This document shows positions 28,983 through 37,925 of a stretch of 64,000 nt of DNA, piece by piece (the stretch's first letter is position 1; the number at the start of each line of letters is the position of its first letter). Where the stretch lies: positions 256,001 through 320,000 of the forward strand of contig OZ220733.1 in NCBI GenBank assembly GCA_965116875.1, read 5' to 3'. Below the pieces are notes generated by a model. The model saw nothing but the letters and a program-made list of their open reading frames with translations, made no database searches and had not been told where the DNA came from. This stretch comes from Candidatus Latescibacterota bacterium. Lineage in GTDB: Bacteria; Latescibacterota; UBA2968; GCA-2709665. A program made the position numbers and the translations under genes.

Positions 28983-31241
28983 TCAGAAGGCATAATTGAT
29001 ACCCAGCGTCGGCACGACCGGCAGCATATTCACGACCTCAGGATCGGCCTGAATCGCGTCGGGATCGAACTGGACGAACCATTCATTGCGCCGGCTGTAG
29101 ACGTTAAACACCTGAATATATGCCTCGGCATCCACGCCGAAAACACGGATCCCGCGCTTGATGCTCAGGTCCAGCCTGTGGTACGGCAGCAGACGCGCGC
29201 TGTTCCTGTCCGCGGGCAGCGCATAGTTCTCGATCCTGGCTTCGGGCTCGGCGGGCCGCCTCAATCTGTATACGGCCGACGCCGGCGTAAACGCCTGTCC
29301 CGTGGCGTACAGCAGATTGGCGCCAAGGGTCCACCTGCCCGCCCGCCAGTTGCTGACAAAGGAAAGATCGTGCCGACGGTCGTACTTGGGCGGAAAACGC
29401 TTCCCGCCGTTCAACTCCGGGAATCGCCGCCGGGTCCATCCCAGCGTATATCCGATCCAGCCGGTGACCGGTCCGGTGCGCTTCTGCAGAAAGAACTCAA
29501 CGCCCGCCGCGACACCGGTTCCGCCGCTCACAAAGGTGTCTTCGGAAGTGCCCGCGTCCGAGCCAACGGCAACGTTGTTGTCGAATAGCACCAGGTTGGC
29601 GAGATCCGTATAGTACCCCTCCAACGTCAGTTGATACCGCTTCGACGGTTCCCATTCAAGGCCCGCCACGCCCTGCCAGGAACGGCCGGGCTCTACAGTC
29701 TGGTCGAGAGGGATCCAGACGTCACCGCCGCTGAAGGCCTCGGTGGTCACCAACTGCAGGTACTGTCTGTACGATCCGCCTCCCAGTTTCAGCTTCAGCC
29801 CCGGCGCGAATCCGTGGCTGAGGGCGAAACGGGGTTCGGCGTGAAACCTGTTTCCTTCGCTGAAGTAGTTCGTGCGCGCGCCAAGCCTCACGCTCGTCTC
29901 GGGCCGCGGCTGCCACAGGTCCTGTGCGTATGCTGAAAAAAGGAAGGGTTTTTCGCGGATATCCAGTTGATCGTCCTGGTTGAAGCTCTGTTTGTACGCA
30001 AAATCGAACCAGGTACCGATGAACCCGAGATTCAGGGAATGTCTGCTGCTTGCGAAAAAGTCCAGGTCCCCCTTGACCGTGATGTCCGTGATTCCATTGG
30101 AAAACTCGATCGGTGTCTCGATCACGCGCAATTCCGTCCTGCTTTCGTATTTGCTTCCCGATACCACGAAATTGCCGAAGACCGCGGGTGAAAACACATG
30201 GGTCCACCGGCCCGTGAATGCCGTGTTGCCCCACCTTACATTGAAAAAACTTCCGTCATCCAGGTCGAGTTGCAGGTCGTCGCGTCCGAAGTATCCGCTG
30301 AACATCAGCTTGTCGCCATCGCCGATATCGCGATTGAACTTCGCATTGGTATCGTAGAAATAGTAGTACGGTACTTCGGTGTCCTCGTCCCTGATCAGAG
30401 AAAGAACCGGTTCCAGGTAGGTCCTCCGGCCGGAGACCATCCAGGACCCGTCACCCGCGGGTCCCTCCAGCGTCATCCGCGCGGAAATCAGGCTGATCCC
30501 TCCCGATCCCTCGAATCCCTTCCGGTTGCCGTCGCGGTTGCGCACGTCCAGAACGGAGCCGAGCCGACCCCCGTATTGGGCCGGATAGGCGCCCTTGTGC
30601 AGGCTCATATCCTTAATGGCGTCCGGATTGAACGTGGAGAAGAAGCCGAACGCGTGGGTCGGGTTGTACAGCGGGATCTGATCCAGAAGGATGAGCGTCT
30701 GATCCGGTCCGCCGCCGCGGATATACAACCCGCTTGTGAAATCGGAAGCCGCCTGTATGCCGGGCAGCAACTGCAGGCTGCGCAGAAGATCCGTTTCGCC
30801 AACCGCGGGCAATTCCTGCAACTGAGCCGTCTCCAGCGTGACAAAGCCCGTCTGCACGTTCCGTTCCGCCTCGTACGGATCCCCTTCCACAACGATCTCG
30901 CGCGACAGAATCGGTTCCGGGACGAGTTGCACATTCAGTTCCTTCAACTCGGCGCCGGAGAATCGGAGGGTATCCACGAAGCTGCGGTATCCGATATAGG
31001 TGACGACGAACGTGTATTCGCCGGGAGGAATGTGCTGAATCGCGTAATACCCGTCCACGTTGCTCAGCGCGCCCAACGGAGATGCAACCCCTTGCAGAAC
31101 CACGTTCGAGTAGGGGAGCGACTCCCCGCTGGTGCGGTCCGTCACGAATCCGCTCAGCGTTGCAGCCACGACTGAGCCGGGTAGAAGAAGAACCAGTATC
31201 AGAATGCGCACTGCGTTCACCAGGATGCCCCCATGCGTCAT
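28983..31241 (-). CDS. TonB-dependent receptor with N-terminal carboxypeptidase-regulatory-like domain
   Basis: LSGFVTD..GESLP, plug LLPGI..YIRGG.PDQ, KGAYPAQYGGRLGSV, C-terminal F. The start is 31241 or 31220. Confidence 0.92.
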   Translation of the reverse strand: MTHGGILVNAVRILILVLLLPGSVVAATLSGFVTDRTSGESLPYSNVVLQGVASPLGALSNVDGYYAIQHIPPGEYTFVVTYIGYRSFVDTLRFSGAELKELNVQLVPEPILSREIVVEGDPYEAERNVQTGFVTLETAQLQELPAVGETDLLRSLQLLPGIQAASDFTSGLYIRGGGPDQTLILLDQIPLYNPTHAFGFFSTFNPDAIKDMSLHKGAYPAQYGGRLGSVLDVRNRDGNRKGFEGSGGISLISARMTLEGPAGDGSWMVSGRRTYLEPVLSLIRDEDTEVPYYYFYDTNAKFNRDIGDGDKLMFSGYFGRDDLQLDLDDGSFFNVRWGNTAFTGRWTHVFSPAVFGNFVVSGSKYESRTELRVIETPIEFSNGITDITVKGDLDFFASSRHSLNLGFIGTWFDFAYKQSFNQDDQLDIREKPFLFSAYAQDLWQPRPETSVRLGARTNYFSEGNRFHAEPRFALSHGFAPGLKLKLGGGSYRQYLQLVTTEAFSGGDVWIPLDQTVEPGRSWQGVAGLEWEPSKRYQLTLEGYYTDLANLVLFDNNVAVGSDAGTSEDTFVSGGTGVAAGVEFFLQKRTGPVTGWIGYTLGWTRRRFPELNGGKRFPPKYDRRHDLSFVSNWRAGRWTLGANLLYATGQAFTPASAVYRLRRPAEPEARIENYALPADRNSARLLPYHRLDLSIKRGIRVFGVDAEAYIQVFNVYSRRNEWFVQFDPDAIQADPEVVNMLPVVPTLGINYAF

Positions 31242-31330
31242 GAGTTCCCTCGCCATGAAACAAACCATCGCCGCCGGCGGGTCTCCCGTGAAACCGGGTC
31301 CCGGCGACCCTCGCACGAGTCCGGACGCAG

Positions 31331-31356
31331 AAAAGCCCGGCGCTGTCGCCGGGCTT
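31331..31356 (-). terminator. Intrinsic terminator-like hairpin
   Basis: 10-bp stem AAGCCCGGCG/CGCCGGGCTT with a T-run on the minus strand, downstream of the epimerase operon. Confidence 0.55.
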
Positions 31357-31507
31357 CCCTGTTCAGCAAGCCGTCAGGTTGTTCGAAATACACCCGTCCA
31401 CCCGGTCCAGAATGCCTGATTGGAATGACGACCGAATCCCGCCGGAGTTCCAGGATTCTGCGATCTCGACGCGCCGGCGAAGCTCCGCTTTCAATGCAAT
31501 GCCATTT

Positions 31508-32539
31508 TCAGGACAACCATTTGAGCAGACGGAGTACGCCCTGCTTCACGGGGCCCCGGTGAATCGACCTCGCGCCCGCGTCGTGTTTCTGAGATCCACG
31601 CTCGATGTACCATTCGTACGCCTGGATCATCATCTCCGCGTTGCCGTACCGGGGTTTCCAGCCAAGCTGTTTCATCGGCTCCGAAAGGTCAAAATAGAAG
31701 GGCTTGTGGTAGGTCAGGTAGTGCCAGGGGGCGAGCGGACAGATCTTCAGAACGTCCAGCAGCTTCAGGACCGACACGGTCAATCCCACCGGCAATCCCA
31801 CGATTCCGGACCTGCTGCCGGCGTGTCTGATGGTTGCGCCCAGATCGTCTCGCAGCGTCGAAAACCGGTCCGCGCCGATGTTGAATACGCCCTGTGTCCC
31901 GTGTTCCACGCCGAGCAGCGCGGCCGTGACGAGGTCGTCGACGTGGACAAACTGAAAGGGATTGTCGCCGCTGCCGATGACGTAGATGTTCCTGCCTTCG
32001 CGAATCCATTCGAACACGATCTGAAAGATGCCCAGCCGGCCCGGTCCAATGATGGTCCGCGGACGAAGAATCAGGCTGGGCAACCCCTTTTGCGTTATTG
32101 CCCGGACCTCCTGCTCCGCCGCGAGCTTCGCACGACCGTAATTCTCGACGGGCGCCGCCGGCGTGGCGCTCGTAATCGGACACGCGTCGGGGATGCCGAA
32201 GACCGCGGAGGAGGACGTGTGGACGAACAGTCTGACGCCGGCCTCCAGAGCCGCGTCCGCAGCCGCCCGCGTGCCTCCGACGTTGACACTCCAAAATTCG
32301 CGGCCTGCCTTCGCCAGAGGCACCAAGGCGACGTTGTGATGTACGAATTGCACACCCGTCATCGCATCCCGCACGCCGCGCCGGTCGCGAATATCGCACG
32401 CAACGAACTCCGTGCCGCGAGGGCGGTCGGGCGAATCGATGACATCCAGCACCCTTACCCCCTCGCCCCGCGCGTGCAACCGCCGGACGATGTGGCTACC
32501 CAGGAATCCCGACCCGCCCGTTACCAGGTGCATTGCCAT
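31508..32539 (-). CDS. NAD-dependent epimerase/dehydratase (extended SDR)
   Basis: LVTGGSGFLG and YGRAK. The true start is MAMHLVTG at 32539; the ORF-track extension overlaps the upstream gene. Confidence 0.9.
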   Translation of the reverse strand: MAMHLVTGGSGFLGSHIVRRLHARGEGVRVLDVIDSPDRPRGTEFVACDIRDRRGVRDAMTGVQFVHHNVALVPLAKAGREFWSVNVGGTRAAADAALEAGVRLFVHTSSSAVFGIPDACPITSATPAAPVENYGRAKLAAEQEVRAITQKGLPSLILRPRTIIGPGRLGIFQIVFEWIREGRNIYVIGSGDNPFQFVHVDDLVTAALLGVEHGTQGVFNIGADRFSTLRDDLGATIRHAGSRSGIVGLPVGLTVSVLKLLDVLKICPLAPWHYLTYHKPFYFDLSEPMKQLGWKPRYGNAEMMIQAYEWYIERGSQKHDAGARSIHRGPVKQGVLRLLKWLS

Positions 32540-32582
32540 ACGAATGACCTGCCTGCTCGATGTGTCCTCGACCGGAAGTTCC

Positions 32583-33170
32583 TCACCGTTCCCCCACCGA
32601 TTCAGGTAACCTGGTTCCTGGCGAGAATACCTCGCAGCGAACGGCATCCCTCGACAGCGCCAGGATCTCGTAGACCAGGTGCGCGGGTTTGACCCGATAG
32701 TACCAGAGTCGATCGACAACGCGCTCGCCGGTAAAGACCCTGAATGGCACCCGGTGGACCCGCGCAATCCGGTAGCCCGACCTGGCGAAACAGTAATGCG
32801 CGCGGTAGGAGTGCGTGTGGGCGCAGACCAGGTCGATGGGGCCCGGCGGCCATCGATTCCGGTCGATGAGGTATTTTCGAAGCAGACGCGCATTGCCGAG
32901 CGTATCGACGTATCCCTGCGCCGGATACATGGGACAGTGAATCTGCCGGCATGCCGACCTGACGGTGAGGTAAGCGTATGCCGCCTCCTGTTCATAGACT
33001 TCGCCGCCAAACCGATTCGCGGGGGCCAGATACACGACGGTAGCCGGCGTCGCTATTTTCGCGACATAGTCCAGGACCTGCCGGAAGACAAAACTGGGCT
33101 CGGGCAGGGTCTTTCCGCGGGCGCTCCTGGCCAATCCTTCCGGTACGACAACCAGGCGCCTTTCTTTCAC
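32583..33170 (-). CDS. YdcF/DUF218-like protein
   Basis: DTLGNA and LVCAHTHSYRA motifs. The GTG start overlaps the upstream stop (GTGA). Confidence 0.6.
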   Translation of the reverse strand: MKERRLVVVPEGLARSARGKTLPEPSFVFRQVLDYVAKIATPATVVYLAPANRFGGEVYEQEAAYAYLTVRSACRQIHCPMYPAQGYVDTLGNARLLRKYLIDRNRWPPGPIDLVCAHTHSYRAHYCFARSGYRIARVHRVPFRVFTGERVVDRLWYYRVKPAHLVYEILALSRDAVRCEVFSPGTRLPESVGER

Positions 33171-34210
33171 GGCAGGAATCCCCGATCGATACACCACCTG
33201 ATGGACCGCCGCATGCCCTCCTCCAGGCCGATTCGAGGACAATAGCCCAGTTCCCGTTCGGCCTTTTCGATGGAACACGCGATGGTCTTGTTCATTTCCG
33301 ACAGGACGTGCATCTCCTGCCAGTACAGTCCCGCGCGCTGGATGATCCAGTCGCAGGCCACGGCGAATTCACTGGCGATTCCCGGCAGTCTCATCCTCCT
33401 GTGCGCAACCGGCAGGTTGAATTCATGCTCCAGGAGTCTTTCGATCATGTCAACCGTTTCATTCATCGTGTAGGGCTTCCGATCTGCGATCCAGTAGGTC
33501 TGCCCGCGCGCTTTCTCGATATGACCGGCGAGCAGGATGGCCTGACAGAGATTGTCTATATACGTCATGGATCGTCTGTTCTCGCCCCCGCCGACGACGG
33601 GCACGCGCCCGTTCTGAATCATCTTGAAGAATCGTGTCTGACGCGGCGGTTGACCTGGACCGTAAAACCAGCATGGTCGAAGAATCGTGGCTTCGAGTTT
33701 TCCGGACGCGTGCGCCGCATTGACGAAGTCCTCCGCCAGCATTTTCGATTTTCCGTAGCTCATATACGGCCGATTCGGCGAATTCTCGTCGAAAAGGCGC
33801 CCGTTACCGGTGTGATGACCCGCCGGACTGTTGGACGAAATCATGACCATCCGCTCAACGCCGTACTCCACCGCGCAGTCCACGACGTTGCGGGCGCCGC
33901 CCGTATTCACGTCGTAGAAGTCCCTGACCCGCCTGGGATGAATGACGCCAATCAGGTGAAAAAGCGTGGCGCCTTCGGCATCTCTGAACAACGGCTCAAC
34001 CGATGCCCTGTCGCGCACGTCGCCCTCCACCACGCTTAGCTTCCGCGAAGAGCCGCGCAATTCCTCCGAGTTCACGCCGTTGAACACAAAACACCGTATG
34101 CGGCGATCCGCATACGGTTCCGTAAGCCACGGCATACCGGCACTGCCATTGACGATCGTATCGACCAGTCGGGTGCCCAGCCAACCGGGCGCACCGGTAA
34201 TCAGGATCAT
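33167..34210 (-). CDS. NAD-dependent epimerase/dehydratase (extended SDR)
   Basis: ILITGAPGWLG, YGKSK and LRPCWFYGP motifs. Confidence 0.9.
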   Translation of the reverse strand: MILITGAPGWLGTRLVDTIVNGSAGMPWLTEPYADRRIRCFVFNGVNSEELRGSSRKLSVVEGDVRDRASVEPLFRDAEGATLFHLIGVIHPRRVRDFYDVNTGGARNVVDCAVEYGVERMVMISSNSPAGHHTGNGRLFDENSPNRPYMSYGKSKMLAEDFVNAAHASGKLEATILRPCWFYGPGQPPRQTRFFKMIQNGRVPVVGGGENRRSMTYIDNLCQAILLAGHIEKARGQTYWIADRKPYTMNETVDMIERLLEHEFNLPVAHRRMRLPGIASEFAVACDWIIQRAGLYWQEMHVLSEMNKTIACSIEKAERELGYCPRIGLEEGMRRSIRWCIDRGFLP

Positions 34211-34352
34211 GCGCGGAATATCCTTCCTTCCGTCGAATTTCGTCCGCTCGTCACAAGTCGCAGTTCAGAACGGCTCGTCGGTCACGACGTACGGCACGAA
34301 ATCCCCCGCCTCGATTCTCCGTGCCCGGCCTCGCCTGCCTGCCAGGACTTGA

Positions 34353-34542
34353 CCTTGATTCGTCATTTTTCCGGGAGGTTAATTCGTAAATGTGTCAGTT
34401 AAAAAGGCGATTTAACTGCTGATTACCAGGATACACCAGGACACTGGACGTGAACCGAAAAAATGTCCTTCATGACGACCCTTTCGGCCCGTTTCGAAAG
34501 GTTTCGTCGCGGTGCCGCGTTGCGGCTTGTGCGGAATTGAGG
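34353..34542. mobile_element. 190-bp MITE family A, copy 3
   Basis: Termini CCTTGATTC...GAATTGAGG with a TTGA duplication on both sides (34349-34352, 34543-34546). Confidence 0.8.
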
Positions 34543-34582
34543 TTGACTGGCAGGCCTGCAGAGCAACTTTATCAACGGACTG

Positions 34583-34999
34583 CTAATCCACACGGGCCCC
34601 GACCCACTCGCTCCTGTTGCAGGTGACGTCTACGATATTTCCATCGGGGTCCAGGACCTTGAACGACACCGGAGGGCGCACGTCCGGATCGACGGGGTTA
34701 CGCTCTTTCACGTTTTCGCGCACGACCTCCGCTCCCCAGTCCATGATGCGGGTCCACGTCGCGTCCAGGTCTTCCACGACCACGCCGAAATGGATGAACT
34801 CATTCCCTTCTTCGAGGGGCGGTCGACTCGAATCCACGGGCTGCTGAATCAACGTAATGTTGTTCGTTCCGTCGCTCATGTCCAGGGCGTCGCCGTGTGC
34901 GCGGCGGGAGATGAAACGCCAGCCGATCACCTCTTCGTAGAACCGCCTGGACTCTTCCATATCGGCGCAGCGCAGCGCGAGATGCCTCAACAGGCCCAT
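34583..34999 (-). CDS. VOC/glyoxalase family protein
   Basis: RHLAL..SRRFYE, HFGVVVEDL and DPDGN motifs. Confidence 0.9.
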   Translation of the reverse strand: MGLLRHLALRCADMEESRRFYEEVIGWRFISRRAHGDALDMSDGTNNITLIQQPVDSSRPPLEEGNEFIHFGVVVEDLDATWTRIMDWGAEVVRENVKERNPVDPDVRPPVSFKVLDPDGNIVDVTCNRSEWVGARVD

Positions 35000-35058
35000 A
35001 GCTTCCTCCTTGATCGGGAATTCCCGGATTCCAGAACTGAACGACAGTGGACCGGCGC

Positions 35059-36042
35059 CTACAATACGCCCGCGGCGCGGAGAACCGTTTCCTGCACGAT
35101 CAATTCATGATCGAGTGACCGGACGGTCGGTCTCCGTCCCCTGATCTCGGCGACCATCGAGCGCAGGCTCCCGACGTACCTCGGTTCGTTCTCGACGGGT
35201 ACTACCTGCCAACCCTTGCTGAATCCGTCGCGAGCCTCGTCCAGGCAGAGGCGTACCACCGGATCCGGCTCCAGTGGCTCCATAATGACGCTCCCCCGCG
35301 TACCGTACACTTCGAACCGCCGCGACGGAAAAGCCGACACTTCCAGAGACGATGACTCAACGATCGCCAACGCGTTTTCGTACTCGAAGACCGCCGCGGT
35401 ATTGTCCCTGAAGGCGGGCACGATACCCCGCTCGTTCCTGAGGAACGACGTCACCCTGTCGGGCCGTCCCAGGACGGCCACGACGATGTCCATCAGATGA
35501 CACAACAACTCAAACAGAATGCCGCCCTTGTGAACAGCCAGATCCTTACGCCTGTCGTCGTCCACCAGCGTGGACATCCGCCCGCGGAGGGAGTAAACCT
35601 CCCCGAGTCTGCGGGATTTCACGCAGTCCAGGATAAACTGGAACCCGGCATTGTACCTGAACATGTACCCCAACTGGAGCAGCAGTCCCTTTTCCCCGGC
35701 CAGCGCGACCAGAGCCTGAAATTCCTCCCAGTTGTCTCCCGCCGGCTTGTCCAGCCAGACGTGCTTGCCGCGCTCCAGCGCCTCACGCGCGAATCCCAGA
35801 TTCTGCGCGATCGCGCCCTCCACCGCAATCGCCGCAATCGAGTCGTCGCCGAGCATCTCCTCCAGGGTATCGTACCAGTTGACGCCTTGGTACGCCTCCA
35901 GCCCGCACCGGGCCTTCCGTACGGCCGGATCCGGTTCAAAGACACCGCAGAAGCGAACGTCCGGGTTGGCCTTCAATACCGCCGCCTTTCCCGCCGCGTG
36001 AGAGTGCAGGATACCGTATTGTGCAAACCTGACTTTCATCAT
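35059..36042 (-). CDS. Gfo/Idh/MocA family oxidoreductase
   Basis: GKHVWLDKP, GGILFELLCHLMD and FEVYGTRG motifs. Confidence 0.9.
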   Translation of the reverse strand: MMKVRFAQYGILHSHAAGKAAVLKANPDVRFCGVFEPDPAVRKARCGLEAYQGVNWYDTLEEMLGDDSIAAIAVEGAIAQNLGFAREALERGKHVWLDKPAGDNWEEFQALVALAGEKGLLLQLGYMFRYNAGFQFILDCVKSRRLGEVYSLRGRMSTLVDDDRRKDLAVHKGGILFELLCHLMDIVVAVLGRPDRVTSFLRNERGIVPAFRDNTAAVFEYENALAIVESSSLEVSAFPSRRFEVYGTRGSVIMEPLEPDPVVRLCLDEARDGFSKGWQVVPVENEPRYVGSLRSMVAEIRGRRPTVRSLDHELIVQETVLRAAGVL

Positions 36043-36134
36043 TCCTCCTGTCCCGTACCGGCCCAGGACGCCGTCCGTTCGGGATCACGTTGACCCGCTT
36101 TTCAAAGCGCGGAGTGCTCCGGGAGCACCAGGAT

Positions 36135-37166
36135 CTACGGCGCGATGGATTCCGGCGACGCGCCGTCTGTATCGTGCGGATCGAAATCGTCATGGAACGG
36201 TGTCTCCACGCCCAACTCCGCCGCGACCGCCGCCAGATCCCTCCGGTGATCCGGACCGATGGGTATGCCCGCTGAAGCCCAGCTTTGCTCCCGTTCCCAT
36301 TCCAGTGCGCCCGGAAGCAGCGCGCGGTCCTCGCCCGGAAACGGTTGAAGCCCTCGCACGGCGGCAATAAAGTCATCCATCTGTCGCCGAAAAGCTTCCC
36401 GCGGCGCAAAAGCGGCGACGTCCACGGCCAGGATGAACGATCCCTGGTTCACCGCCGGCCACAACGCTCCCTGCTCTTCTTGCGTCTGAATACCCGCCAG
36501 CAGACCTCCAAGCGCGTGACAGACGACGCCCAGGCCGAGACTCTTGAAAAACGTCGCCGGCATGCGTTGGAATATCGTCTCGAAATCCGCGCTCCCGGAA
36601 GGCGCGAGCGCCGTGGACATATCCAGGACCAGCGGATGCTCCCGGCCGGACGGAACCGCGAAACTCATCGGCGACGCGCCGTTGGCGGACATGATCCCCT
36701 GTTCGGGCGACAGGCGCCGGAGATGCGACGACACGACAAAGCCGGCCATACCCGCCCCTGAAATGATCCGGGAGTACTTGCCTGCGGCGCCGAAATGGAA
36801 ATGGTTGCGCGTGACGACAGCCGCCAGTCCCACTGCACCGGCCTTTTCCACGGCGAGGTGCGCCGCTCGCCAGGAAGCAAAATGACCCAGCCCCCCGTCG
36901 CCGTCGATCGCAGCCGTCGCCGGGGTCTGTTGCGCAATGGCGCTCTCCGGGTTCGGATTCAGTTCTCCATCGCGCAGGAGCCGCAGGTAGCGCGCCGACT
37001 GCCGCGTCCCGTGGCTGAACACGCCACGAACGTCGGTTCCCACGAGAAGTTCGGCCATCAGCCGCGACCGGTCCGCGGACATCCCCACCCTGCGATACAG
37101 TTCGAGCACGAACGATCGCATGGTATCCGGCATCACCCGTACGAATTCCACGGGAACGACGTTCAC
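36135..37166 (-). CDS. Ldh_2 (malate/L-lactate/ureidoglycolate dehydrogenase type 2) family oxidoreductase
   Basis: DVRGVFSHG, IDGDGGLG, RNHFHFGA and LDMST motifs. Confidence 0.9.
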   Translation of the reverse strand: MNVVPVEFVRVMPDTMRSFVLELYRRVGMSADRSRLMAELLVGTDVRGVFSHGTRQSARYLRLLRDGELNPNPESAIAQQTPATAAIDGDGGLGHFASWRAAHLAVEKAGAVGLAAVVTRNHFHFGAAGKYSRIISGAGMAGFVVSSHLRRLSPEQGIMSANGASPMSFAVPSGREHPLVLDMSTALAPSGSADFETIFQRMPATFFKSLGLGVVCHALGGLLAGIQTQEEQGALWPAVNQGSFILAVDVAAFAPREAFRRQMDDFIAAVRGLQPFPGEDRALLPGALEWEREQSWASAGIPIGPDHRRDLAAVAAELGVETPFHDDFDPHDTDGASPESIAP

Positions 37167-37207
37167 GCCACGCTCCTCCCGAGACCGGTTGTAATGGGAT
37201 CGGGGAT

Positions 37208-37894
37208 CTACATAATCCCATAACGTTCAAACGCTTCACTCGCGGACATGCCTCGTTCGATGGCTTCACGAACACGGTTTTCGCCCCGCACCTTGTCCAG
37301 CGCCCGGTCAATGACGTCTGTCTCGGCGGCGGCGGGGACGATCACCACGCCGTCCAGGTCGCCGAACACGATATCCCCCGGTGACACACCGGCGCCGTTT
37401 GAGAGCGTCAACGTACAACGATAGTCGACCACGCGACCACGCACCCGCTGGTCCTGAGCGTACCGGCCGGCGCAGAACGTGGGAAAGTTCAATTGCAGAA
37501 TGCCCCGCGTGTCACGGCTGAATCCGTCCAGAACGGCGCCCGCCGCACCCAGCTTCATCGCTCGCGTACTCAACAGTTCGCCCCAGAGCGCGTACGTCGG
37601 CGAGGCGCCCGTGCAGATGTAAACTTCGTTCGGACGCAGATCATCGAGCGCCTCGAACATCAGGCCGAACGGCCCCTCGTCGTCCATGGAACCGCCGTCC
37701 CTGTCGGTCCAATCGGCCTCCAGGACCGGCATTGCACGGCCCGCCACGACCATATCGTCACGGAGGGGCTGAACCTCCGGCGGCAGGAACTGCCTGATCA
37801 GACCCACCTCGTCCATCACGTCACCCACCACGGCGGTGAACAGTTCACGCCGCATCAGCTCGAAAAGCCCGGCATCGTCGCGCCATTCGGCCAT
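37208..37894 (-). CDS. RraA/HMG-CHA aldolase family protein
   Basis: ALWGELL, GAVLDGFSRD and PGDIVFGDLDGVVIVP motifs. Confidence 0.9.
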   Translation of the reverse strand: MAEWRDDAGLFELMRRELFTAVVGDVMDEVGLIRQFLPPEVQPLRDDMVVAGRAMPVLEADWTDRDGGSMDDEGPFGLMFEALDDLRPNEVYICTGASPTYALWGELLSTRAMKLGAAGAVLDGFSRDTRGILQLNFPTFCAGRYAQDQRVRGRVVDYRCTLTLSNGAGVSPGDIVFGDLDGVVIVPAAAETDVIDRALDKVRGENRVREAIERGMSASEAFERYGIM

Positions 37895-37925
37895 ACTGTC
37901 TTTCTCCGGAGATATTAACATCCAC